Assembly (NCBI GenBank): GCA_964270895.1
Contig: OZ185438.1
Origin: Podarcis filfolensis
Lineage: Eukaryota
Direction: 5' to 3' (one strand)
Length of the DNA stretch: 64,000 nt
The notes below the pieces were generated by a model. The model did not search any database. It had not been told where the DNA came from and saw only the letters and a program-made list of their open reading frames with translations. Shown here piece by piece: positions 13,564-26,590 of this stretch; the first letter of the stretch is position 1, and each line of letters starts with the position of its first letter. Position numbers and translations under genes: made by a program.

Positions 13564-13779
13564 TAATTTACTAACAAAATGAAATTCAGCAAACAAATGT
13601 AAATGTCTGAATTCAGGCAATTATTCAGGTGGTTGTTTTTTTTATTATTATTATTTCTATATCACTCTTCATCCAAGGTTCAAAGGGTGGGAAAGGATGA
13701 AAGGTTGAAGAAACTATGCATGTTTAGAATAAAGGAAAGGCATACTAGTGCTCTTCAAATGCATGAAGGGCAATAAAGT

Positions 13780-13787
13780 TATGTATG

Positions 13788-13816
<29 letters not shown>
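13780..13816. repeat. (TATG)n microsatellite
   Basis: About 9 units. Confidence 0.95.
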
Positions 13817-13818
<2 letters not shown>

Positions 13819-14905
13819 GTTTAAAGCATGTTGTACCCCTCTCTTCAGTGTAAAGGGATCCCAGAGTGCCTTAAATGAGATCAATAAAAACAAGGCAGTC
13901 CCTGCCCGCAGGCTTACCATCTGAAAAAAAAAAAATACGCAACGGAAAGGGGACAGGGAAAGAAGAGGGGAAACTCTGCTTCCCTATCTTTCCCACTGAA
14001 ACAGTCTGGGGGAATGACTTACCAGGGGGTCTCCTTTTTCCTTCCGATCTCAGTGCTTTTAAGGAAGACCATGGAAGGATCAGAACTGGATATCTACTTT
14101 TTCTGTTTGGCGGCAGCAGCAGCATCCAGGTTCAAGAGTGATTTGGGAACCATGGCTAGCTGGGAGATGGTTCCTGAATCAAGCACTTGTTCACTGCTGC
14201 CCCTGAGCTCAGGACTAGAAGGGTAGTTTTCAGTTGGAGAACCCTCTTAATGTCAAGAGCAGTTTGACCATGGAACCAATGACCTGGAGAGTTGGGGCCG
14301 TTTCTTGGCCCAAGGTCTTGAAGCCTTAGCTTTGGATTTCCTGCAAGGAGGAGGGGGCTGAACTTCCTACATAGTTTACAAGACCCCCTCCATAACTTTA
14401 TGATTACACAGTCCTTTGATTCTGTCCTTTACATGAGAGCTAAAATGGACTCTCACTTTTTCTTTTCTAAAAACACACAGATAGTGATAATAAATAATCG
14501 AATGACAGCAGGAACTGAGGCTTTAAGCAAATTACTACCAGAATCACAAAATGTGCTAAGCCTCTGTAAGAAATCAATGGGATTTATTTCCAGATAATAT
14601 GTTTCGAATCAGGGGGCCAGAGCCGCACAGTATTCTTCAGGGCTTTTATTATGGTATATCTTCAACCACATTTACAAGTGCGGCTTTCTCATTTGCTATT
14701 TCCCCTAGTGCAATGACTTCTAAGATGACTCCAATAGCCGTTTCTATAATAACTATGCTATTCTATTCCATCTGTATATTGTATTTTCTGTTGAATCACC
14801 TTCCTTGTTAGAGGAGCATGGACTGGAAAGGGAACCAACTGATTACCCACACCAACCTGAGACATAGTCCTATGCCTAAAGCATTCCTGTCAAATCCCTC
14901 TGTGG

Positions 14906-15036
14906 CACGGATAGGGAATCTGTGGCCCTTCGAACACTGTTGGATTACAACTCCCACTGCCCCCATTGGCCATGGTGGCTGAAGCTGATGGGAGTTAGAG
15001 GTTAAAAACATCTGATGAACCACAGGTTTACTACTG
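14906..15036. mobile_element. Palindromic hAT-type MITE, decayed
   Basis: GGGAATCTGTGGCCC...GGATTACAACTCCCA...TGATGGGAGTT...CCACAGGTT is the same family as the copies at 61085-61362. Confidence 0.7.
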
Positions 15037-15159
15037 CAGATCTGTGACCTTCATCTGATATCTGCATTACTTGGTGACTTTCCACACTTTTGAAACATGT
15101 TCTTTTAATGCATGGAGGGGAAAGCCAGAATTATACCAGCTGGCTTGTCCTTGATCTCC

Positions 15160-15250
15160 AAATGGTTGCCATAGGCCTCTGGATGGCCACCATGAGAACT
15201 GAATGCTGACCTAAATTGGTTTGATCCACCAGGTCTTTTCTTCTGTTCTT
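15160..15250 (+). mobile_element. CR1-like LINE 3' tail fragment
   Basis: GGCCTCTGGATGGCCACCATGAGAAC...TGATCCACCAGG...TTCTGTTCTT resembles the squamate CR1 3' end. Confidence 0.5.
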
Positions 15251-15349
15251 CTGTCCCATGAATAGTGTGCATGCATCGTTATAGACAAACATGCTATCAT
15301 TATAGAAATGTATGTGTAATCAGGAACCATTCATGATCAGGAGCCCCAA

Positions 15350-15351
<2 letters not shown>

Positions 15352-15387
<36 letters not shown>

Positions 15388-15408
15388 ACTCTCACACACA
15401 CACACACA
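15352..15408. repeat. Compound (CT)n(CA)n microsatellite
   Basis: Directly visible. Confidence 0.9.
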
Positions 15409-15792
15409 TACAAAGTATGTTCACAGAGCTCTGTTCACACCTTCTGCTAAACATACAGAGGTCAGAGGCAGGTTGAGCATGCACAATCCTATCTCCCTTC
15501 CACTTTACATTTGGTGAATGTGTTTTGAAGATGCGTGAAAGGAGCAAGTGATGGTTTTAATGTGTGACTGGACCCTCTGAGCTATAGCTTTCACTTCACA
15601 CAAAACAAATGCCTTTCAATGCCAACTGTTCACCCATTAAGCTGGCAGCCATCAAGTGTACCTCAAAACATCAAGGATAGAGAAGCCAAGTGAAGTGCAT
15701 ATATGTGTGAATCAGTCCCATTTTTTGAAAACCTCATGGAATGAGACTTTATAGACACCTTGAATAGCTTACTCCATAGATCAATTGTTCTT

Positions 15793-15938
15793 NNNNNNNN
15801 NNNNNNNNNNNNNNNNNNNNNNNNNNNNNNNNNNNNNNNNNNNNNNNNNNNNNNNNNNNNNNNNNNNNNNNNNNNNNNNNNNNNNNNNNNNNNNNNNNNN
15901 NNNNNNNNNNNNNNNNNNNNNNNNNNNNNNNNNNNNNN
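15793..15938. other. Assembly gap (146 N)
   Basis: Run of N characters. Confidence 1.
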
Positions 15939-18900
15939 GTATTTTATCATATTATACCAGGCTTCCCTGCCTTCAGGGGTGGGAGAAGAAAAACCTGGCT
16001 CCAATCCTAGCTCACTCCATTTATGTGGCCAGAAGAGGGGCAGCAGTGGTGAGGGCCTTCTTTTCCCTGGAAGTGGCCTACCTGCCTGCCGCTGCAACAG
16101 CCCTTGTAAGGAGCAATATCTGTGAAGTGAAATAAAGTGAAGCACAATAAAATGAGGTGTTTTCTAATACTTCTTGCTTCTTGCCCTACCCTCAGAGGAT
16201 TCAGTGAACAATCATTTTCAAGTTTCTACCTTATTAAATATCAGAAGGGTATCAGCAAACACTAGTTTCCTTTATTTCCTGGTGTGGAATTAATCCACAC
16301 TTACTTCAAGCACAGAGGGATATAGAGAACAATGTTTTTGAAAGGGGCATTCTAGTCAGCTATGATTTATATAGCTTTCTGCTGCTACTTGCAAGTGAGG
16401 CTGATTTTCTAGAGTTTTCTCTGTCCTTTGCTTAAGCTCGGACCATCTCATTGTGTCCATTTATAGTACAATGGCCAAGAGTCAGGGAAAACTGAGTCTC
16501 AACACATTATTTAAATGTGGGGTATGCTGCCACCACTCCTCTGTTTGTTTCTGAGGTGATAGTCAAACAATCAAGGCACAAGTGATCCTTAACAATAACA
16601 CTTTACAAAGGAAAACAGAATTAAGGGGAAATATGTGCTAAAAAATTCAGATTTTTTCTCTCATAATAAATTAATGATCATATAACACTCAAATAGTAAA
16701 TCTTTAATAAGTAGAAACCCCTACACTACATTTCAATATGAACTCAATGTCTTTCAACACAAAGTCTTCATCAGTGGCCTGATAAAAGCACCAGAAACCC
16801 CTAAACATAGTGAATCAATAGGCTTTGACTCATGGATATAAAACTTTAGAGGAGGAAGGCAAAACGATTACTTCCACTCTCCATTGCAAACAGCTATCTC
16901 AATAGAAGCTTTCTAGCCTACAATATAACCCACAACCTCCATATAAATTTATCTTCTTTACTCAAAGGCTCTGATGAGTATATGTGAAACCCTGGTATAT
17001 TTATTTTTTACACATTTGTCTTACACACGCCCTGCTTATTTTTCAGGTGGAACACTAAGCAATGTAGATATGACACCTAATCCAGAATATTTTGTACTTC
17101 AGAAGCTATTCCAGAGTATAAAAATACATGTAAACAGTGAAGGATATGAATGCAGCACACATGTATAAATTCACATACAAGTACACAAACCCAAACCTTA
17201 CCAGGCCACACAACTTGTGTCATCAGAAATTTTATTAAGTGTTTGACCACAACCAATTAAACTAATATTTACAATTTCCTTTACATAAAGGAAGCAAACT
17301 CATTCTATAACTGAAAAAAAACAGAGAAAAAGAAATACACTAAACTATAATCTAAGAAAAAGTGAATAAATCTCTAAATAAAACCTGGCTATCTTTCCAG
17401 CACATGAACCATAAATGTCACTGCGATTTAGAGAAAGAATGAAGAATGGAAAAATAAGGAAAAGGGGGGGAAAGAATAATAGCATCACAGATCGAACTCT
17501 GAAACATTCTGAACCAAAGAATACCTTTACTGATAGGTCACATTTATAACAACAGAAACTGATTACAAACTACTTCTCTTGTGTATTTTGCTGTGAAAAC
17601 ATGCAATTTATTCACATGCATTCAATTCATAAATTGTGCTGCTCAAGTGCAGTTTGTTCTCAGGAATGGGTGCTTGCATACAAAAAGTGATGTATGTAGT
17701 CCACACCCTAATTAGTTTCTCTTTCACACACAAATACAGCTTGGTTATCCCTCATGAGGGCTGCTTGGCATACAAATTTGTGCTTAGCTTAGTTTTCACT
17801 GTAGCTTTGCAATCCACCCTTATAAAATTAAACTCTCCTACATGAAATGTTTCCAATCAGTAAAAAGAACAGAACAAACCAACCAGCAAACAAAACCCCC
17901 AGCTGTGTCAGCAATCTCCAGCCGTAGAAATTGCAAATGTGGTATATGTGTAAATAAATGGTCACCCTCCAAAAAGGGTTGCACTGGGCCATTTGCTGGT
18001 TCAGCCTGCTCACTCGGCACTCCCCTGTTTATCCGATCTAATGCAATAAAATGCGTAATTAATTTCTAAATGCTTCTGTTGAGCAGTGCAATTTGTCAAG
18101 TCGAGTTGTAATAGAATTAAGCTTTTTATCAGCGATTAGCAAAAGAAGGTAAAAAAATTAATTACAGAATTGTATGCCTCCCTGCTTCAAAGCCAGGTTT
18201 GGGATTAAATGTTTGATAAAGGTTCCTTGGCACATTATAAAACATTTAGCAAAATCCGCTCTCCCCCCCCCCAACCCCAGTAGTTTCTCAAAACTATCTT
18301 TGTACACATGCACAATGGGTGTAGCATAAGTAATTGAACATTTGTACAAGTTGGTTCAAATTGGAACCAGCCTTCTTCCACATAACTGGAACATAGCCGT
18401 TTCCCTGTATTTAAAATGTATGGGCTATCTTCCTAGTAGAGTATGTATATTTCAGCCATTTTGAAAATAGCTATGCCGCCGGTTGTATATTGCTTTTCTG
18501 TGAGGAAAGATCCACACTTAAAATGGAAGATAAATGTAAGCTAACATGCTAGTTAGATGCTGAAAATGCAACTCCTAGTCTGCGTAAGATGAAACAGCTT
18601 TCATGCGAAAGAGAAATAACTTCAGATGTCACACTTAAGGGTCATACTGGTTCATTGGAAAATTACCTAAACTTTGGACAAAATTGATAGTATCTTTGTG
18701 TTTATGAAATGGGGCAAGAAGGAAAAAAACCAGCCAAGACAAAGGCATTGGTGTCAGAGACAAGACTGAACATCAACAGACTGGAAAAACTTACATCTAG
18801 AGGGGAAATTAGCAATGATTATATACTGCTTACTGAAACTAAGCATCTACAGGTGTTTACAAAAGACTTCACAAAAATGAACTGGTAGGTGTCACTAAGC

Positions 18901-18946
18901 TCACAAAATTAGTTTGGGTTATTTAGCTAAACTCCTTATTCCATAA

Positions 18947-19337
18947 TAGGGAAGGCTGTGGAAGAAATTCAGTTTTGTTCACATTTTAATCTAACACACT
19001 ACTTCCAAAAGCAACGTGTGCAGCTATCCTTGGAAATTTGCACTTTCCTGAATTTTGCAATGCAGTTCTACACATCCACACCAAATATGTTTATTAAAAG
19101 AAAATGTGCATTGAAATCCATATATTGGGGAAAATAGCATACAAAAATGCACACTGCTTGCAAAAATATGTATATACACAAAACTGCATGTAAAAACATA
19201 TATATAAGAAGAAAAACACATTAAAGTGCTGATAAAATTTTGTTAGTGCTTTTAAAAATAATCACAAACTGATGCAAAATGTGGTGAACTGAATTTAAGG
19301 TTAGACAAATGAGAAACTGGCAGATTGGTCCATCCCT
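18947..19337 (+). mobile_element. Old AT-rich non-autonomous DNA-transposon-like repeat (AGGGATGG-type termini), copy 1
   Basis: Ends are TAGGGAAGG and CCATCCCT. The internal blocks (AATTTTGCAATGCAGTTCT, AAAATGCA/TGCATTTT) recur at about 29775-30111, 40890-41270 and 60500-60812. Confidence 0.55.
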
Positions 19338-20817
19338 GTTATTAGGTGAATTCAGTTTTCCAACCTGGTTCCCAGATTTGTTTGAGGACATCATACCCAG
19401 GCAACATGTCCACTTAGTCCATTTCCCCCCAGTTCTGCTACACTACCACTGAATGCTCTTGCTTAATACCTAACACCCTCACTAACCAGAGAAGAAATGG
19501 CAATCCCAACAGTCTGCTCCATCACTCCACAGTGCAGAGTGTTACCATAACATCGTTGGCGAGCCTCCATTTGGATTCACGTGTGTGTTGGCCAAACCAA
19601 TGAGATGCAATGTGGGTAAATTCTTCTTTTTCCCTCTGACCATTGCCATTAGTTATAGTTTTGAACTTCAAAGAGAATGGAAGTTAGTATGACTGAGAAC
19701 TGTGAGCTGCTCGCTCACACACATCATGCTGCTTATGCATGGCGACCACTCACCTAAATGAAAAAAGTGGCTCAAAGTAATTTGTGGACTTGCTCCAAGA
19801 ATTTCCAGAATATTGATTGTACCCCGCATTTGTTGTTAATGACTATCCTACAAGCGGGGAAAGAAAGGATGAAAGTACAGCACTCCTTAATCAAAGACTG
19901 CTTATCCTATTAGCAAGATGAAACTACATAGGTTATCATACATTTATTAGAAGGATACCTGGAGGAAGTTGCTCTAGATCATTGTTCTTTACGGGAGGAA
20001 GAAACACTAATGAGAATTGCTCATGGGAATCGATTGCTTAATAGAGGCTCTCTCCTGAAGCTTCATCTCCACTCTACTGCACTGCCATGCTAAGGAGGAT
20101 AGCAGAACAGATCTAGCAGGGCAATCAGTGGTTTATTTAGTTCTGAAGATTACACTAGCAATATTAACTGCAGCAGCCTAATACTAGGTAAGACCTAGTA
20201 TTTTAGCACTAACAACAGTAAGAATAATATTTAATAATTACACTTCCAATAGGTACCAACATCTTTTAAAGTCTAATTATTTGTTCATGACCCAGCAACA
20301 GCGAAGCACAGCTTGTTGCATTTAAACACATACTTTAAGCCTGTCTCAGTGAAATCAGTGGGATGCATAAAGGAGTTTGGTCCTTGGATTTTGTCCATTT
20401 GAAGCACAGTCCTATGCATGCTACTCTGAAGAAGAACCTGAAGAAGAAATTAGTATGAAGGTATTCATGCTGATGTAGTAATAACAGTAATAATAACAGC
20501 AGCTGCAGCAGCAGCAGCAAAATGTTATGTTCAGCCCATCCCAGAATACCTCTTACCTTTGCAGTGGGCAGCTTTGCAGGACAGAGCCAGCCCGCATCCA
20601 CAACAGCTGGGGAATTGCAACCACAGGGAGATGCTCCTGGCTCTCCCTCTGGTTAGATAGTTTTGAATTCAGCCTGCCTGACAGATTGGGCCAATGACTC
20701 ACTCTGGGCTCACTCTGGAGGGTGGGCCTGACTGGGTCCACAGAGGACTCTACCCAAGTCCACCCCCAGGGGATAAAAATGGGCCCTGCCTCACACCTGG
20801 CACCGCACTACCTTCTG

Positions 20818-20940
20818 GATGATGATGATGATGATATCTATACCACACACATCTGGCTGGGTTTCCCCAGCCACTCTGGGTGGCTTCCAACAAATAAAAA
20901 AACATAATAAAATGTCAAACATTAAAAACTTCCTGATACA
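20818..20940 (-). mobile_element. L2-type LINE 3' terminus with (ATC)n tail
   Basis: CATCTGGCTGGGTTTCCCCAGCCACTCTGGGTGGCTTCC is the reverse complement of the tail at 27377-27526. Confidence 0.75.
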
Positions 20941-21012
20941 GCCTTCATGTTGTTGTGCTTGTTCTTACCTGCTCCAGGGGTAGCTTGGATAATTTGCCCT
21001 GTAGCCTAGCCA

Positions 21013-21110
21013 AATTATAATTATTTTATTACTTATATCCCTCTGATTTGACTGGGTCACCCCAGCCACTCAGGGTGGCTTCCAACAAAATATTAAAACA
21101 CAAAAAAACC
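21013..21110 (-). mobile_element. L2-type LINE 3' terminus, second copy
   Basis: CCCCAGCCACTCAGGGTGGCTTCCAACAAAATATTAAAACAC. Confidence 0.65.
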
Positions 21111-21954
21111 TCATAATCACTTCTGCTTTCCTCCTACGGCTCAGCAATCTGACTGTTCCCATCCCTTTCATACAACTGTTGCCCCTTGGTGTGGCTTCTT
21201 CTTACTCTTCAGCTAATGCTGTCTGCAGTGATAGCTCCATCTCTGCAGGTTTTCTGATTGTGGACACTTCCCTGTCATCCCTGTTTTCTTCAGCGCAGAT
21301 CAACAACATGTCTGAGCTAAAGCAATACTGAATTTAATTCCCAAAGGTGTGTTCCCGCTGCCCAGGTCTACTGGCCCATTCTGAAGAAGGCAACGGCATT
21401 GAAGAACTCCAATCACTAAAACATCCAGATGAAAACCAAATCAAATCCTAAAAACTGTATCAGCAGTTGCTTAACTGTAACCATTGTACAGTTGTGCGCC
21501 CAAAGGACATTGCTGCAAGATGTTCAGACTATTCAGGCATTCTGCTCATGAGTAAAATCTACATGCAAAGAGGAAGAACTTTCCTAACATTCCAAAACTT
21601 GTGAGCATGTTCAGTCCTCACTGGGCAATACTGTGCATTTGGTTTTCCCCAGAGATGCTGCTATCTCTCTGTTGTTTCACAATGATCCAGGTTTTGGCTC
21701 TAGTTTTTGTCAGCACTTGCCATGCGAGTTCAGATACAAAGGTGGACCTGCTTGTAACTCTAAATATACAACTGATTACATATTTTGTCTAAGCATAACT
21801 AATATGTACAGGTATTAAAATATAGTCAACAAAATTGCATCATTTTTCTCATAGAGTTTTTTCCATCACACTTTTGTCTAATGCTCAGGCTAAATGGTTC
21901 CCTAAGATGCTATGTCCTCTCCTTTGAACCACCCTGGAAAATCTCTCTTTCCTT

Positions 21955-22135
21955 GCTGATTACATCCTTCAAACACATCTAGGTAGTTATAATTCATGTC
22001 CCGTCTTAAGTTACCATTTAGCCAACCTAGACATATTTAGTTCCTTTAATCTTCTTCCCTAATAAGTCAATCCCTTGAGCCCTTTAATCATCCTTGTTGC
22101 TGTTCTCTGAATTCCCTCCAATTCATCTACATCTG
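21955..22135 (-). mobile_element. CR1 LINE ORF2 C-terminal fragment
   Basis: The reverse complement encodes a degenerate M(I)KGL...EE..KELNMSRL..KW*LK..DM pattern, like the CR1 3' coding end. Confidence 0.55.
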
Positions 22136-22931
22136 TCCACTGTGAAGGTACCCAGAAGGAAAAAACAGTATTATAACTCTAGTTTTGCTAAAGCTGCCTA
22201 GTGATATATGCTTCTCCTCTGACATGAGCTTTTGCTGAGTCTCCACCTGACAACCTTGCTACTGGAATCCACTGGTGAACTTGTGTGATTCTCACATTGC
22301 AACAGTTTTATTGTACAGCAAATGTGCTCAGGGGAATTGTTCTTCAGGTGGGCAGTTGTAAAGAAACTCTTGGGCACTTGCAACTAAATGCTGTGACAGC
22401 CATTTAAGGCATCCAGTCAGTAAATTTGATAATGCTCCCTCAGAAATTTGGGATGGAGGTGGCCTGGGAGAGGGCATTCTCTGTGACAGCCCCCAAGTTG
22501 TAAAACTTTCTCCCCACAGAGGTGCACCTTCACATTTCAGTTTGCAGCAAATGCTAAAGACACACCCTGGCCTTTGCCACCTGAGATGCATATTTTTAAG
22601 GCCCACCCTATTTCTGTGACTATAATTTGTTTGAAAGTGTTTTTAATGTTAGGTTTTAAATTGTTGTTGCCCACCATTTGGGAGAAGGATGGTTAATAAA
22701 TCAATGGCATGGAGAAGGAAGGTTGTGTTTAAATATCCCCAGTCAGTCACTACAGTGACCAGTGACCAGTGACCAGTTCTGCCTCCCACATAGTTGTGTA
22801 TATTTCACCATGGATTTATATGTAGTTAACAGTCATCTGACTTACACATGTGCATGACCTAGCTCTTTCTTTTCTGCCTCCTTTTCTGTTCAGGTTGGAA
22901 TACCTGTGCAAAGTGTACAATGGAAAAGTTA

Positions 22932-23170
22932 CAGTGGTACCTCGGGTTACAGACACTTCAGGTTACAAACGCTTCAGGTTACAGACTCCACTAACCCAGA
23001 AATAGTACCTCGGGTTAAGAACTTTGCTACAGGATGAGATCAGAAATCGCATGGTGGTGGCACTGTGGCAGCGGGAGGCCCCATTAGCTAAAGTGGTACA
23101 GGTTAAGAACAGTTTCAGGTTAAGAATGGACCTCCGGAACGAATTAAGTTCTTAACCCGAGGTACCACTG
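22932..23170 (+). mobile_element. Tc1/mariner (pogo/Tigger-like) MITE
   Basis: Perfect 17-bp TIR CAGTGGTACCTCGGGTT / AACCCGAGGTACCACTG, TA target duplication on both sides, and internal repeated CAGGTTA motifs. Confidence 0.93.
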
Positions 23171-23248
23171 TACTTTATAAAAACAAATGTAGGACAGTAT
23201 TACCGGGTCACTTTAGGCCTTCTTCAGAAAACGTGAAACCTCTGTAAT

Positions 23249-23388
23249 GGGATAGCTCAGTTGGTAGAGCATGTGGCTCTTAATCTCAGGGTCATGGGTT
23301 GAAGCCCCACAAAGGAAAAACAAAAACAAATCCTGCATTGCAGGGGGTTGGACTAGATGACCCTCATGGTCCCTTCTGATTCTATGAT
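23249..23388 (+). mobile_element. SINE with tRNA-Lys-like head and CR1-like 3' tail
   Basis: Head GGATAGCTCAGTTGGTAGAGCATGTGGCTCTTAATCTCAGGGTCATGGGTT resembles tRNA-Lys(CTT). The tail is GGGTTGGACTAGATGACCCTC...GGTCCCTTC...ATTCTATGAT. Confidence 0.8.
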
Positions 23389-24715
23389 AGGTGTCACACA
23401 AAGCAAGGACAAGAAGTGTTTGGAAGGCCCTTCTGGTTTTATTTGTGTTTCCCGTAATAGAAAACTAGCTTTTGTGTTTTCTGTAATTACTAAATCTCCT
23501 TCACAATTTCTATATTGTGGTTGTGTCCCTGAAGAATCAGTGAAACGCTCTCTTGAGTTCTGATTCACAAAGGATCATTTGGGACAAGTTATAGCATATG
23601 CTCTTGAAAATCTGAAAGCAAAGTAATCACAGGTTTATCCCCCCCCCAGCCCCCAAATGCTAATCTCTGAGTGAACTGCAAGCTGTTGTAGTGCGTAAGA
23701 ACAGAAGGAACTGTATAAACAACTTGAGCCATGGTGGTGATATGTATTTTTGGGTTGAAGATGAAACAAATTTTGTAAGACATATACACATCAGTAGGCA
23801 AAAGTAAGCACAGAGGAGCAGAAATTAAGAGTCACATGTTTGTAGGAATGGAGTTACAACTGTAGTCTGGGCAATGCCATTTCATGAACCTCTGAATTAC
23901 CAAACGACCAGAAGACTGATAAGCACATGCTGCCAATTACCTTTATGATGCTTTCACATGCAATTACCCAATGATTATCATCCCTTGAAACTCTTGGCAT
24001 TCAGAGTTCAATTAAGAGACTTTTTACCTCAATCTGGATTTTGACAATTTTCACCCAAGAATTAATTTTGATGTAAAAATATGCCACCAGCATTCAAATG
24101 TCATCGCATTTGAAACTTGCGCAGGTTTTTATTTCAGTCCTAATGCTCTTTCTTTGCTGACAGAACATCATCCCCTGGACCAGTGCATTGAAAGCCCAGG
24201 TAACCTTTTATTCCTACACCTTTGTAGTTGGTCATGTATGTCAATGCAGAGTTCAACATTTCATGGATCATGCATAACATTTACTGAGCCTGTTTGCATA
24301 GTAAGTAGATTCTCCAGCAAGGGAGCTGACAGTGTATTTCTGTCATTAGGATTTATTAAATTGGTTATACAGGGGAGCAGTTCCACCATGAAATGGATAT
24401 TCATATATGCAATGTATGCAGCCTTTTTGAAACTACTATTATTTCTAATTGAAATGAGAATATAATATAATATTGATGGGACAAACTGATTAATTTTTTG
24501 ACCACTCCTATTATTTTAAGAGTTCTAGGTCGTGAGAAGCAGTCACCTGGGTTGCCTGCTTTCAGATCTTGGTGTGCTCTTTAGCTATATATATTCTTTT
24601 GCAGTACTGCTTGCACCAGTTACTAAAACTGGGAATACAGTGAGGAAAGATAACAGGGTAGCAGAGTAGTTTTCCTCCCTGCTGTAGTTTCATGAATATG
24701 GAGCCACCCAGAGTC

Positions 24716-24890
24716 GTATGGTGGTTAGAGTGTTGGATTAAGACTAGGGAAACCAGATTAAAATCCCTTCTGAGACTTTGAGGTGGGTCAGTCACTGTCT
24801 CTTGTCTAACCTCCCTGACAGGATGCATGTGAAGATAAAATGGTGATGGTGGTGAAGACCCATGTCACCTTGTGACTCATGGAGGAAGAG
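24716..24890 (+). mobile_element. MIR/Ther1-derived SINE (Squam3-like)
   Basis: GTGGTTAGAGTGTTGGATTAAGACTAGGGAAACCAG...GGGTCAGTCACTGTCTC...CTAACCTCCCTGACAGG...GTGAAGATAAAATGG. Confidence 0.7.
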
Positions 24891-26399
24891 GCTGATGGAA
24901 ATCGTAATCCCAAAACTCTGGAGAGCACCAGGTTGAGGACTTGATGGTAAAACTCTTTCTTTGATAGTATTGAAGAGCTTGGAGTTTTGTTGAGTGCTTC
25001 CAGGCTTGAGGTAGAGTAGAATCACCAATATCTCTTTCTCTTCTCTTTGCACATCCTTCCTTTCTTGAATCTACTGGCTAATCTGATCTGTTTCCATGAT
25101 TTTGTGTTGAATAAAACTTTGACCACTGACACCCCTAACCAAAACAAGTACAGGCTGTCAATACCTAACATAAAACTGTTTACACTTGTCATGGGCACAC
25201 CTGCTTAGAAAAACAAGGATGGTGGTGGGAAATGTGTTGTAGACTCAACTTAATTTTGAGGTCAGAATAATTAGCACAGCTCAGTGCATCATGGAATTCA
25301 TCCATTAATTATTCTCTCTATTTCTCTATCTATTATGAAACTTACAAAGGTAGGAAAGCTTAGGAAATCTGATGTTGACATGAAAGAATGAAATGGGCCA
25401 GATTTGTTTGAGGCACACATTTAATGATTTATAGAAATCCTTGGCAAATGGACAATTTCCCCCTGGGCTTTAAGGTGCTTTCTGAAAGGAGTCTCCCAGG
25501 GCTGCCATCTGTGTCTTCATATCCAAAACAGAGCATTTGCCCACAGCATTTTAAGGCTCCTCTTGGCTTGATTTCCTGATCAGTAATTGGGGAGCTATTA
25601 AATGGAAACAGTTTTGAACAGATTTAAGGGAAGTGGTGGTTGCCGAGTTCATTAGGAAATTGCATTTGATTTTATATCCTAACAAACTTGCATCTGCCTC
25701 TTCCACCATATTGTAACTCTTCAAATCCACACATGTGCCAAGGATGTGCAGGGCTGACAGAATCACCATCTGTTTCCCAGTCTCAATGATCTGCGCACTG
25801 TAGAGTCATAACACAATAATTTGATAGCAGGTTTACACTGTGTGACCACCATTGCCTTGCTTGGAATGCTTTCACCTTTTCACCTTTTGTGGGTGGCCTC
25901 CCTAGCTGCTGCTGCAGGCGAGAGATGTTGCACAGGGAGTGGTTTTTAATGTGAGAAATTTTCAAATATGCAAGTCCTGGTTTGCATTTTGAAGCACAAT
26001 AGTCTTCAATGCTTTTAGTTTATTTATATTTATTTTTGCAATGGCTTTTCACCTAGTTGAATTGATAAACTGGTTTTGATTAGGGTATAAATGTAGGAAA
26101 ATATAACAGGGAGCTTGCACCTGAAAATGTAGGGGTAGAGGAAATTGGATGTAATTATCTCTTTTGTTTAATGTATTGCATTATACCTGGTTTTATCTCT
26201 TTTAATTGTAACCAACTTTGGAATTGCGTTTAGAATGAAAATCAGGCAAGAAATGCTTTAAATAAATGAAACTGTCTATAGAACATAATATTTACTGAAC
26301 ATCTGGCTAGGTTATTGGCCTGTGCTCTACTTTGCCAGCTTATTCTTCTTTTAGGGATCAAGTTGCGGGACAAATGCAGGTTGCACCATCTGGAACACA

Positions 26400-26590
26400 G
26401 AAACATAGGAAGCTACCTTATTCTGAGTGAGACCATTGGTCCATCTATAGCTCAGTATTGCCTACACTGACTGGCAACAACTCTTTAAGGTTTCAGACAG
26501 AATTTCTCTCCCTGCTGTAGCTGGAGATGCCAGGGATTGAATCTGGAACCTTATGTACGCAAAGCAAATGCTCCACTAAGCCATGACCCT
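26400..26590 (-). mobile_element. tRNA-derived squamate SINE
   Basis: AACATAGGAAGCT.CCTTAT.CTGAGT.AGACCATTGGTCCATC...GCTCAGTATTG.CTACACTGACTGGCA is the reverse complement of the 58052 family. Confidence 0.82.

Noticed and set aside
23249-23312. Apparent tRNA-Lys gene
   Set aside because: The T-arm and acceptor stem are degenerate and it is fused to a CR1-like tail, so it is a SINE head rather than a functional tRNA. The same applies to 26660-26739 and the other SINE heads.
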